A stretch of DNA of 64,000 nt, taken from positions 166,510 through 230,509 of the forward strand of contig CAXXJS010000020.1 in NCBI GenBank assembly GCA_963662665.2, in the 5' to 3' direction. Source of the DNA: Candidatus Latescibacterota bacterium (GTDB lineage: Bacteria > Latescibacterota > UBA2968 > GCA-2709665). Position 1 is the first letter of the stretch, and every line of letters begins with the position of its first letter. The notes beneath the pieces are model-generated. The model was not told the origin of the DNA, did not search any database, and worked only from the letters and a program-made list of their open reading frames with translations. Positions 19,916 through 28,250 of this stretch are shown piece by piece. Position numbers and translations under genes: made by a program.

Positions 19916-20653
19916 TTACGGGAGTTGCGGGAAAGGGTGGGGGTGTCCAACGTAGACCCGTTCTCCTGCCGCCAGGATTTTTTCCGGATCGTCCTTTATC
20001 ACGTCGTGCGGATCGTGCGCCTGGTAGCCCAGGGTCATGCTTCTGCGGGAAGCGTTTGCGCCGTTGACGCCGGCGCCGTGAAAACAGCAGTCGTTGAAGA
20101 GCAGCACGCCTCCCCGGGGCATCGGTACAGGAAGGGATTTATGGTGGAGGTCGCTCGTTTCGAATCCCTCGTTCGGACGCCGCCGGCGCTGGAAGGGGCG
20201 CCTGTGACTCCCCGGCACAATGCGGATGCAGCCGTTCTCCAGGGTGGCGTCCTCGAGGTAGATGAGGGCGGTGACCAGCGTGGGATGGTAGGGTTCCTCC
20301 CCGCTGTGCCAGTAAACGTGTTCGGACCCGGGCGGCCGCACCATGATGTGATTGTGTTTGTTCGTGAGCAGTTCGATATTGGGCCCGAGGATGGATGTCA
20401 GTGGATCCAGCACAACGGGATGGAGGGCAGCCTCGACGTACGCGGGGTCGCGCGAGAGAATCTTCGAGAGACGTCGCACCGCATCCGGTTCGCGGGAGCC
20501 GGTTTTCTCCCACACAACCGGCTCGACCATCTCTCCGATCTGCCGATCGGTCACGGCATTGAGGCGTTCGACCAGGTCTTCCGGCAGCGGCTCCGGGACC
20601 CGGTGGAAGCCCGTGTGGTTGAAATACCAGAGATCCTCTTCGGTCAGGGACAA
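19916..20653 (-). CDS. PhyH-family Fe(II)/2-oxoglutarate enzyme with an HxG (halogenase-like) motif
   Basis: WHSG in place of HxD; IYLEDATLENGCIRIVPGSH; FHGAGVN...RRSM. Confidence 0.88.
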   Translation of the reverse strand: MSLTEEDLWYFNHTGFHRVPEPLPEDLVERLNAVTDRQIGEMVEPVVWEKTGSREPDAVRRLSKILSRDPAYVEAALHPVVLDPLTSILGPNIELLTNKHNHIMVRPPGSEHVYWHSGEEPYHPTLVTALIYLEDATLENGCIRIVPGSHRRPFQRRRRPNEGFETSDLHHKSLPVPMPRGGVLLFNDCCFHGAGVNGANASRRSMTLGYQAHDPHDVIKDDPEKILAAGERVYVGHPHPFPQLP

Positions 20654-20993
20654 GGCATCCTCCCGTTGTCTGTGAACGGTGTGGCCGATCCGGCGGGCAT
20701 GTTAAAACGGGGCCAGCCGCCTTGTCAAGGTTATTCTGGATGTCAGGACGGACGATTGCAGAATGCCTGCCTGGGGAATTCACCTTCCGGATTGACGGGA
20801 CGCGACGCGGGTCATTTTAACTGTGGCGTGAAATTCAAAAAACGTTATATTTAATATTGCAAGCGTGCGATGCCCACACCGATCGGGCTTCTAAACGTTT
20901 CAACCCGTCAGGGTGGGCAGACGATCTGCAAAGGTTGAGTGGCCGCTCCCGAAGGGGCGGTCTCTATTATGTTTAATTGGAAAGGGTTGCTAC

Positions 20994-22841
20994 ATGCCGA
21001 ATGCGTTGCTGGTCAGTCCCCAGAATCCCGTAACGTTCTGGAGTTTTGACGAAGCCCTCAAAATGATCGACAGGAAAGTCGCATTTCCGCCGCTGGGGCT
21101 CCTGACCATTGCCGGAATGATGCCCGATTCCTACAAGCTGCGAATGGTCGACATGAACGCACGCCCGCTGATCGACGAGGATCTTGAGTGGGCCGATATC
21201 GTGATAACGTCGTCGATGATCATCCATTGGCATTCTTTGGAAGACGTGATTGCGCGCTGTAACCGGATGGGCGTGCCCGTATTGAACGGCGGACCTCTGC
21301 CCACACAGTACTGTGAAGAGATAGAGGGCGATGCGGTATTTTTTCTGGGCGAGGCGGAAAACGGATTTTTGGACATCGTAGACCGACTCGCCTCCGGTTC
21401 GGGTACGGTTGAACGGCAATACGTGGACCGACGCGGAAAATTTCTGGATCTGGCGGTAACACCGCTCCCACGTTGGTCCCTCGTCAATTTCGACGACTAT
21501 AGCAATATGGTTATCCAGGTCACCCGCGGGTGCCCCGAAAGCTGCACGTTCTGCAATATTCCGTCGTTATACGGAAAAACGACGCGGCTGAAGAGCAAGA
21601 GCAGAATGGTCGAGGAACTGGACGCGCTCTACAATGCGGGTTGGCGCGGCGCCGTGATGGCGGTGGACGATAATTTCGTGGGCAACCGGGACGCCATACG
21701 GCACTCGCTGACCGATGAGGTGGTGCCGTGGCAGCAGGAGCGCGGGTATCCCTTCCAGTTCCACACCCAGGCCAGCATCCGCGTCAGCGACGATCAGGAA
21801 TTGCTCGACGCCATGTATCACGCTGGATTCGACAAAGTCTTCGCTGGAATTGAGTCACCGGTTGAAGAGAGCCTGAAATTCATGGGCGCCCAGAAGAATC
21901 TACAGGGCGACACTCCCCTGTTGGACAAAGTCAAGATTCTCCAGGAAACCGGGTTCGAAGTGCAGGCGGGGTTCATAATCGGCCTTGACACCGACCCTGA
22001 CGATATCGCGGAACGGACCATTGCCTTCATCAGGGAGGCTGGCATTCCCGTGGCAATGGTGGGCATTCTGGGCGTGTTGAGGGATACACCGGACTACAAG
22101 CGATTCAGCCGGCAGGGGAGGCTGGTGGAGGGCGCGAAGTACACGGGCGATTCTGGTGTTTTCAGCCGCGAGTTGAGTTATGTCCCGCTGATTGACCCCG
22201 ATACACTGCTGGAACGGCACAGATGGACGGTGGAGACGTTGAATAGTCCGGAGGTCTACTTCGAACGGTGCCTCACGTTCATGAAACACCGGGGACGCCA
22301 ACCGGTTACAAGGGGACCCGTCCGGATGCGGGAGATCAAGGCGGTTTTCCGGTCGATCTGGCGCCAGGGCATCTGGAACAAGAATTATCGGTGGCAATAC
22401 TGGAAGTTCCTGGCGCAGGTGCTCATCAAACATCCCGCCAGTTTACCGGACGCGGTGCGTCTGGCAGTACAGGGGCATCACCTGATACTGACCACGCAAC
22501 GCGCGTTGCAGGTAGACGAAGTGAAGACGTTTCTTGACGAGGCCCTGGAACATCTGGAGCACTTCAGGAATGGCTATCGCGCGGCCTACCGTAAGAACAT
22601 GGGCGCGTATGCCAGCCGGCTCATGAGATCGGTGCATCATCGCTTTGAGCATTTCCAAGACGAACAAAGGACCCTTCAGCATCATGCCACGGTGCTCCAG
22701 GGGGCCGCTCAGGAGTACTACCAGGCAACCTGCGAGGATTTCCGGCACCAGATTCAGGAGCCGCTGGAACGTTTTCAACAGGATACCGATCACTTACTGC
22801 AAACCTGCTCGGCCGAGCATGCCGCACTTCAGAGGTCCTGA
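20994..22841 (+). CDS. B12-binding radical SAM protein (DUF4070 type) with a C-terminal helical extension
   Basis: PPLGLLTIAG B12 domain, RGCPESCTFC (CxxxCxxC), VDDNF and GFIIGLDTD. Confidence 0.88.
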   Translation: MPNALLVSPQNPVTFWSFDEALKMIDRKVAFPPLGLLTIAGMMPDSYKLRMVDMNARPLIDEDLEWADIVITSSMIIHWHSLEDVIARCNRMGVPVLNGGPLPTQYCEEIEGDAVFFLGEAENGFLDIVDRLASGSGTVERQYVDRRGKFLDLAVTPLPRWSLVNFDDYSNMVIQVTRGCPESCTFCNIPSLYGKTTRLKSKSRMVEELDALYNAGWRGAVMAVDDNFVGNRDAIRHSLTDEVVPWQQERGYPFQFHTQASIRVSDDQELLDAMYHAGFDKVFAGIESPVEESLKFMGAQKNLQGDTPLLDKVKILQETGFEVQAGFIIGLDTDPDDIAERTIAFIREAGIPVAMVGILGVLRDTPDYKRFSRQGRLVEGAKYTGDSGVFSRELSYVPLIDPDTLLERHRWTVETLNSPEVYFERCLTFMKHRGRQPVTRGPVRMREIKAVFRSIWRQGIWNKNYRWQYWKFLAQVLIKHPASLPDAVRLAVQGHHLILTTQRALQVDEVKTFLDEALEHLEHFRNGYRAAYRKNMGAYASRLMRSVHHRFEHFQDEQRTLQHHATVLQGAAQEYYQATCEDFRHQIQEPLERFQQDTDHLLQTCSAEHAALQRS

Positions 22842-22850
22842 TAAAAGCAT

Positions 22851-22913
22851 CCCGTTGAAAAAGTCCGTCCGACCTGCGGCCTGCCTCGCCTGCAGAGCGA
22901 CTTTTCCAACGGG
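22851..22913. repeat. Short inverted-repeat element with IS-like ends (MITE/REP-like)
   Basis: CCCGTTGAAAAAGTC ... GACTTTTCCAACGGG (14/15 match). Related half-sites near 17354 and 25391. Confidence 0.55.
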
Positions 22914-22992
22914 CTGCTCAGGCGTCGCCCCATCTCCGGATGCTGTCTGAATACCGTGGTTTGCCAACCACACCCGGGAATGTGGCGGCGCC

Positions 22993-24225
22993 TTACAGTT
23001 TCCAGTAGTCGTCGATGTCTCGCTGGTATGCGCTGATTTTTCCCCTGAGCACGTCATTGACCGTGACGACCTCGCCTGAATTACCGGATTCGTACAACGC
23101 TTCGCTTACCGCTTTGCTGCGCAGTCCCTCCTCGGCATCGATTTCCACGTTACGCCCGGTGCTTATCGCGTCGATAAAGTCCCAGAGCTCCAGGGGCATG
23201 CCGCCGGTGATGCCGTAAGGAAACAGACGTTCGTTCTCTTCTTTGCTCAGGCTTTTCCGATACATGTCCACAACCCGTTCCATGCTGTAGGTAACGCCAT
23301 CCAAAAGCTGGCACTCGCCTCTATGGGTGCTTGCCGCAGGATGAAAGATATCGTATTCCACAATGGTGCCTCTGCTACCCGTCAGGCTGAGTTGCAGAAA
23401 GCCCTTGCCGGGGGCGCTGTTGGTCCAGGACCAGGTGCCGATAACGCCGCTCCTGAAGTTGAAAATGCTGGTCCAGAAGTCTTCCCGTGTGTCGTTGATA
23501 ACTCTCCGCCCCTTCATGTGGGGACGTTTTTCGATTTGTTCCACGCGGGCGTACACGCTGTGGACTTCACCAAACCAGTAGCGCATGGTGTCCACCCAGT
23601 GGGCGCCGCTGTCCATCAGCATGCCGCATCCACCCAGGTTACGGTCAACCCGCCAGTGCCAGGCCGGGGCGTTCTTGGGGTCTTGCCATGAGGCGCTGGC
23701 CGCCAGCCAGAATCGGGGTTTCCCCAGCAGCCCCCCCGCGTTGAGCGCCCAGTGGATGGCGCGCTGGCCGACGCTGCGGCGGCATTGTTCGGCCGTTGCG
23801 GCGATGCGTTTGTATTTTTCGGCCGCGGCGATTATTTTTTTTGTGGCTTTGACGGTGATGCCAATTGGTTTTTCGCAGAGGATGTGTACGCCGCCGGCAA
23901 GAAGCTCGCAGGCCAGGACGTGATGCAGGCCGTGGGGGCCGCAGATGTCGGCGCCATCGAGATGTTTCTCGCCGTTGAGCAATTCTTCTACCGTCCGGTA
24001 GGCGTTCACCGGCCGACCGGTGTGGCTTTCAACCCGGTCTGCCATGTCTCTGGCGCGTTCCGGGACGTCGTCTACGGTCGCGACAATCCGGAATCGCGTT
24101 TCGTTTCTTTCCATGAGTTCAGCGTAACCCCTGAGATGCGCTCCGGCAATGCCGCCGCAGCCTACAATGGCCAGATTCACCGGCCTGCCGTTGTGTTGTC
24201 CGGTCATGCCAATCCTTTCACTCAT
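22993..24225 (-). CDS. Gfo/Idh/MocA family oxidoreductase
   Basis: VGCGGIA, PHGLHH, CEKP and MDSGAHWVD. Confidence 0.9.
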   Translation of the reverse strand: MSERIGMTGQHNGRPVNLAIVGCGGIAGAHLRGYAELMERNETRFRIVATVDDVPERARDMADRVESHTGRPVNAYRTVEELLNGEKHLDGADICGPHGLHHVLACELLAGGVHILCEKPIGITVKATKKIIAAAEKYKRIAATAEQCRRSVGQRAIHWALNAGGLLGKPRFWLAASASWQDPKNAPAWHWRVDRNLGGCGMLMDSGAHWVDTMRYWFGEVHSVYARVEQIEKRPHMKGRRVINDTREDFWTSIFNFRSGVIGTWSWTNSAPGKGFLQLSLTGSRGTIVEYDIFHPAASTHRGECQLLDGVTYSMERVVDMYRKSLSKEENERLFPYGITGGMPLELWDFIDAISTGRNVEIDAEEGLRSKAVSEALYESGNSGEVVTVNDVLRGKISAYQRDIDDYWKL

Positions 24226-24510
24226 GCGCGTGGTCTGTCGTGGAATCCGTTCAATTAGACGTCATGGATTCGTGAGTGCGGGCTCCATGTTACCCGGTTG
24301 GATGGAATTGTCAAGTCGTTTGTCTGCGCTGTAGAAAGACCCTGCCGCAACCGTGTGTTTCCTTCTCAACGTTAAGTCCGCGGGAGCTTGACAATTGGTG
24401 GGACTGGCGGCCTCCCGGAAGTGACACCCTGCCGTTGAAGCCGTCAGACGTACGGAGTTCCCCGTGTCCCGACGTCCTTGAGTGAGCCCTTACCCAGGAG
24501 GTGAATTGAA

Positions 24511-25380
24511 ATGCTGATCGACGCCCACAACCACCCGAATTGGCACGGTTTCGATGCAAAGAGAATTCTGAACAATATGGATGAGCAGGGAATCGACAGG
24601 ATGTGGTTGTTTACATGGGAGGTGCCGGAAAACGAATATAATCCATCCTATCACAAAGTCCTGCCTCCGGGCGGGATGGGCATTCCGCTGGAAGACGTGC
24701 TGCAGGTGGGAAGAGAGGCGCGCGACCGCTTCGTACTGGGCTATTTCCCGCACCCCAAAAGGCCCGACGCGGCGGACCGCCTGCGGGCGGCTCATGAAAT
24801 ACATGGCATCCAGGTTGCGAGTGAGATGAAGGTACGCGTCTTGTTCGACGACCCGGATGCGATTCAGCTCTATAACGCCTGTGCGGAGATGAAGCTGCCC
24901 ATAACGATCCACCTCGACTATCCCATCAATCATGGCGGGGGGAACTATCCCCGACCGAACTACTGGTACGGCGGAAGTATCGAGGCGTTCGAACGGGCGG
25001 TTGCGGCCTGCCCGGAAACGACGTTCATCGGTCACGCGCCGGGGTTCTGGGCGCATATCTCGGGAGACGATCTTTACGACAAAGCGTCCTATCCGACGGC
25101 GCCAGTACTCCCCGGAGGAAAACTGTGGGACATGATGCGGCAGTACGGCAATCTATGGGCGGACCTCTCGGCCGGTTCGGCCCTGAATGCCCTGAAGCGT
25201 GATCCGGAAATCGGAAAGAAATTCCTTATCGAGTTTCAGGACAAACTGCTGTGGGGGCGGGACTATTTCGACACGGCGCTGATGGATTTCTTCCAGGGGC
25301 TTTCGTTGCCGAAGGGCGCGTATGACAAAATAACCTACCGGAACGCGCTGCGTATTCTGGGCGAGTCCGTGCCGGGCTAG
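24511..25380 (+). CDS. Amidohydrolase-2 family metal-dependent hydrolase
   Basis: IDAHNH, IGHAPGFWAHIS, ADLSAGS and LLWGRD; AGGAGG RBS. Confidence 0.85.
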   Translation: MLIDAHNHPNWHGFDAKRILNNMDEQGIDRMWLFTWEVPENEYNPSYHKVLPPGGMGIPLEDVLQVGREARDRFVLGYFPHPKRPDAADRLRAAHEIHGIQVASEMKVRVLFDDPDAIQLYNACAEMKLPITIHLDYPINHGGGNYPRPNYWYGGSIEAFERAVAACPETTFIGHAPGFWAHISGDDLYDKASYPTAPVLPGGKLWDMMRQYGNLWADLSAGSALNALKRDPEIGKKFLIEFQDKLLWGRDYFDTALMDFFQGLSLPKGAYDKITYRNALRILGESVPG

Positions 25381-25433
25381 CAGCCCGGATGGACTTTTTC
25401 ACGGGCTGTCAGGGGTTCGTATCCGGAACGTCC

Positions 25434-26552
25434 CTATTCTTTCACGAATTCCGAGAGTTTCCTGGCATACGCAACGTTGCCATATTCTTTGAGGATGCGG
25501 TCCTGCGCGCGCGCCGCGGCGTGTTTCCGTTGGGTGTCGTGGGCAAGCCACCATCGCGCCTTGTCCCTGAGTTCCTCCAGGCTGGTCCACGTGTCGATCT
25601 CAGTTCCGACGTCGAAGATTTCTTCCATACCGGCGACGTCGTCCGTGAGCATGAATCCGCCGCTTCCGGTAATCGCGGTGTCCCGCTGATTCAGATAACC
25701 GTACGCATCGGGAGAATTGTGCTGGTTGATATTGATCCTGGAGGCCCTGTATACCCCAGGAAGCTCCCTGTAGCTCCGGAAGCCCCGATAGGCATACCGG
25801 GGCAGGCCGCGGAACGTGCCGAACCCCAGGCCGCCGTAGACGTGGACCCTACCAATGTCAGTGAGTGCGGCGACCACTTCCTGCCTCAGTGCGCGCTGGC
25901 GCGGGAAGGGGATTGTGTGGGTGATTCGTTTGACCAGGTCTTCCGATTCCAGGTATTCCTCCTGGCTGCCGCCTTCTTTGGTGTAGAGAGACATGATGGT
26001 GATGGAGAAGTCACACTGTTCGTGCCGTGCCGGACGTGCGAATCGATGCAACTCCATCGATGGAGGTGGATAGAGCACGATGGCCCTGATGCCCCGGCTG
26101 GCGTAGACGTCGACGCTTTCCTTGCAGCAGGTGGCCGCAAATTCGAATTCCTGAGTGAAGTGGGGGCTTCGGAGCAGGTCCCAGGGATCGTCCTGGGTGT
26201 GGGTGACGGTCTTGCACCTGGGGAATCTTTCTCGCAGCTCCGCGATGAGCCCCGGCGGCCGGTCGTCCTTGCTGAACCACCAGATGAGCAGTTCCGGTTC
26301 GTGTTCCACGATGATTTTAAACAGACCCTCCTGGAAAGCGCCGATATCCCTGAATTTCAGATCCCACGTTTCGTGCGGAGGGATGACGTCGGCCTCCTCC
26401 TTTGCCAGCGCGATATCCGCCTCCAGATGGGCCTCTATACATCCGCGCGTGGGCTGGTAGAGGACGTCGTAGCCGATGCTTTTGAATCCCTGCTGAATGC
26501 TCCAGAGGGACTGGCCGGGTTGGAAACCTCCCAATAAGAGGACCTTTGGCAT
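25434..26552 (-). CDS. Glycosyltransferase (CgeB-like GT-B)
   Basis: QDDPW, YRASRININQH, LNQRD...GSGGFMLTD, and an RAQDRILKEY C-terminus. ATG at 26552 with AAGGA RBS. Confidence 0.8.
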   Translation of the reverse strand: MPKVLLLGGFQPGQSLWSIQQGFKSIGYDVLYQPTRGCIEAHLEADIALAKEEADVIPPHETWDLKFRDIGAFQEGLFKIIVEHEPELLIWWFSKDDRPPGLIAELRERFPRCKTVTHTQDDPWDLLRSPHFTQEFEFAATCCKESVDVYASRGIRAIVLYPPPSMELHRFARPARHEQCDFSITIMSLYTKEGGSQEEYLESEDLVKRITHTIPFPRQRALRQEVVAALTDIGRVHVYGGLGFGTFRGLPRYAYRGFRSYRELPGVYRASRININQHNSPDAYGYLNQRDTAITGSGGFMLTDDVAGMEEIFDVGTEIDTWTSLEELRDKARWWLAHDTQRKHAAARAQDRILKEYGNVAYARKLSEFVKE

Positions 26553-26979
26553 TCCCGATTCCTTTCGGGTCAGGTTCTGCGTCCGCACGAGGTGCTCATC
26601 CACCGGGCATACGTGAACTGTTGTCGCCAGGCCAGGTTGCTAACCGATTCTGGCCGACTGCCAACCGCTATCCACAGTTTTCCCCTTTTGTGTCTTCGTG
26701 TCTTGGTGTGAGTTGCATTTCCTTGCCAACACCAGCACCAGGCAACCGATCTACCGCGCAGGCGTATACAGGTACAGGAGCCGGACCCGCCGATTCAGTC
26801 CGGGATTCCGGACCCTACGGGTTCCAGTGCCGGCCGAAAGATAGGTGAATCGAAGTTCCTGCGAAAGACGAAAGCAGCCCGGTCTTCGCGCCTCGTTTTT
26901 GGGGTTGCCAGCGCCGGAATTTTGTCCTTTTTTGGTAACGCAGGCCTTCGCAGGTGGCACGTTGAACGGAGGTGGTACG

Positions 26980-27840
26980 TTGACTGCGGACACGAATCCG
27001 GCCGCGCCCCGGTCTTCAATACGTTACTGGTGGTCGACCGCCGGTCATCGATTCCTGCCGCCGGCGCTCATCACGTGTATTCTGATTGGCAGCCAGATTA
27101 CATTCGGAATTCTTGAGGGTCTGACGAAAACGGCGTTGGCCATCGCAGTTGCAGTTTGCGCGGAGGCGGTGCTGGGATGGATGGATGGGAGCCGCAGGCC
27201 GAATTTCGTGAGCGGATATATCACCGGAATCAGCGTGGGAATTCTCATCCGGTCGCTCTGGCTCTGGCCCTTTGTGCTTTGCAGCGCGGTGTCAATTCTG
27301 TCCAAGTACGTGATCCGCTGGCGCGGGCGGCATCTCTGGAATCCCTCCAATCTGGGTGTGAGCGCAATGTTCTTCCTGGCGCCCGGGATGGCGGCTGGGC
27401 TGAGCATTCAATGGGGCAACGCCGTCTGGGTCATGCTCGTGATCTGGGTCTTTGGCTGGATGGCGGTCTGGCGAGTCAAACGGCTGCATATCTGCCTGAC
27501 CTACGTGGTATCCTTCCTGGCACTTGGGTTCGTTCGAAGTCTGGTGACGGGGCAGGCGTTTCTGGCCGGCATCGCACCCATTACGGGACCGATGTATCAA
27601 CTGTTTATTTTTTTTATGATTACGGATCCAAAGACAACCGTGAAATCAAGGCGGGGACAGATCTTTGTAGCGTTTTCCGTGGCTGCGGTGGAGGCGGTTT
27701 TGCGACTGTTTGAGCAGGTTTATGCCCCGTTCTATGCGTTATTCCTGGTGGGGCCCTTCGCTAACGCCGCGGAAATCTGGTTGGAGACGCGAGGTATCGC
27801 GTCTAAAGATGGTCGAACCCGTGGTGTATCGGGCGGTTGA
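26980..27840 (+). CDS. RnfD/NqrB-like (UnbU-like) integral membrane protein
   Basis: SGYITGISVGILIRS, SKYVIRWRGRHLWNPSNLG and FFMITDPKT; TTG start after GGAGG. Confidence 0.8.
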   Translation: MTADTNPAAPRSSIRYWWSTAGHRFLPPALITCILIGSQITFGILEGLTKTALAIAVAVCAEAVLGWMDGSRRPNFVSGYITGISVGILIRSLWLWPFVLCSAVSILSKYVIRWRGRHLWNPSNLGVSAMFFLAPGMAAGLSIQWGNAVWVMLVIWVFGWMAVWRVKRLHICLTYVVSFLALGFVRSLVTGQAFLAGIAPITGPMYQLFIFFMITDPKTTVKSRRGQIFVAFSVAAVEAVLRLFEQVYAPFYALFLVGPFANAAEIWLETRGIASKDGRTRGVSGG

Positions 27841-27868
27841 GGGTGCAACCATATGCAAGGAGGTGGCG

Positions 27869-28180
27869 ATGAAAACCGAAATCAGGGGGAAACACATCGA
27901 GCTGTCGGGCCGCTTGCGGGAATATATAGAAAAGGAAACAGAAAAGCTCAAGCAGTTCTATGAACCGATTCTGGACGTCCGAATTACGCTGCAACAGGAG
28001 AATCGGATGTACAGAGTCGAAATTGTGGTGCACATTCATAACCACATTTTGAAAGCCACTGACGAACAGGATGTCATTCACCCCGCCCTGGGCGGCGCGA
28101 TTGACAAAATGGTCCGGCAGCTCAAGCGGGTTAAGGAGAGACAGCGCAGGCCGCGCGTCCCCACCCCGGTACGGGACTGA
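27869..28180 (+). CDS. hpf: Ribosome hibernation promoting factor (HPF/RaiA), short form
   Basis: MKTEIRGKHIELSGRLREYIEK...AIDKMVRQLKRVKER; AGGAGG RBS. Confidence 0.88.
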   Translation: MKTEIRGKHIELSGRLREYIEKETEKLKQFYEPILDVRITLQQENRMYRVEIVVHIHNHILKATDEQDVIHPALGGAIDKMVRQLKRVKERQRRPRVPTPVRD

Positions 28181-28196
28181 ACCCGGCAATTAAATC

Positions 28197-28243
28197 GAAA
28201 CGCTCCCTGAACGGTTGCCGCCGCAGGGAGCGTTTCTGTTTCT
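28197..28243. terminator. Intrinsic terminator between convergent genes
   Basis: GAAACGCTCCCTG ... CAGGGAGCGTTTC, 13-bp stem followed by TGTTTCT. Confidence 0.75.
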
Positions 28244-28250
28244 GTGCCGA

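Noticed and set aside
24325-24500. Cobalamin- or ZTP-like riboswitch (CTGCCGCAACCGT and GACTGGCG fragments)
   Set aside because: Only isolated short matches; the other conserved elements (upstream GGGAA and B12 box, or CGCCTGGGC) are missing.
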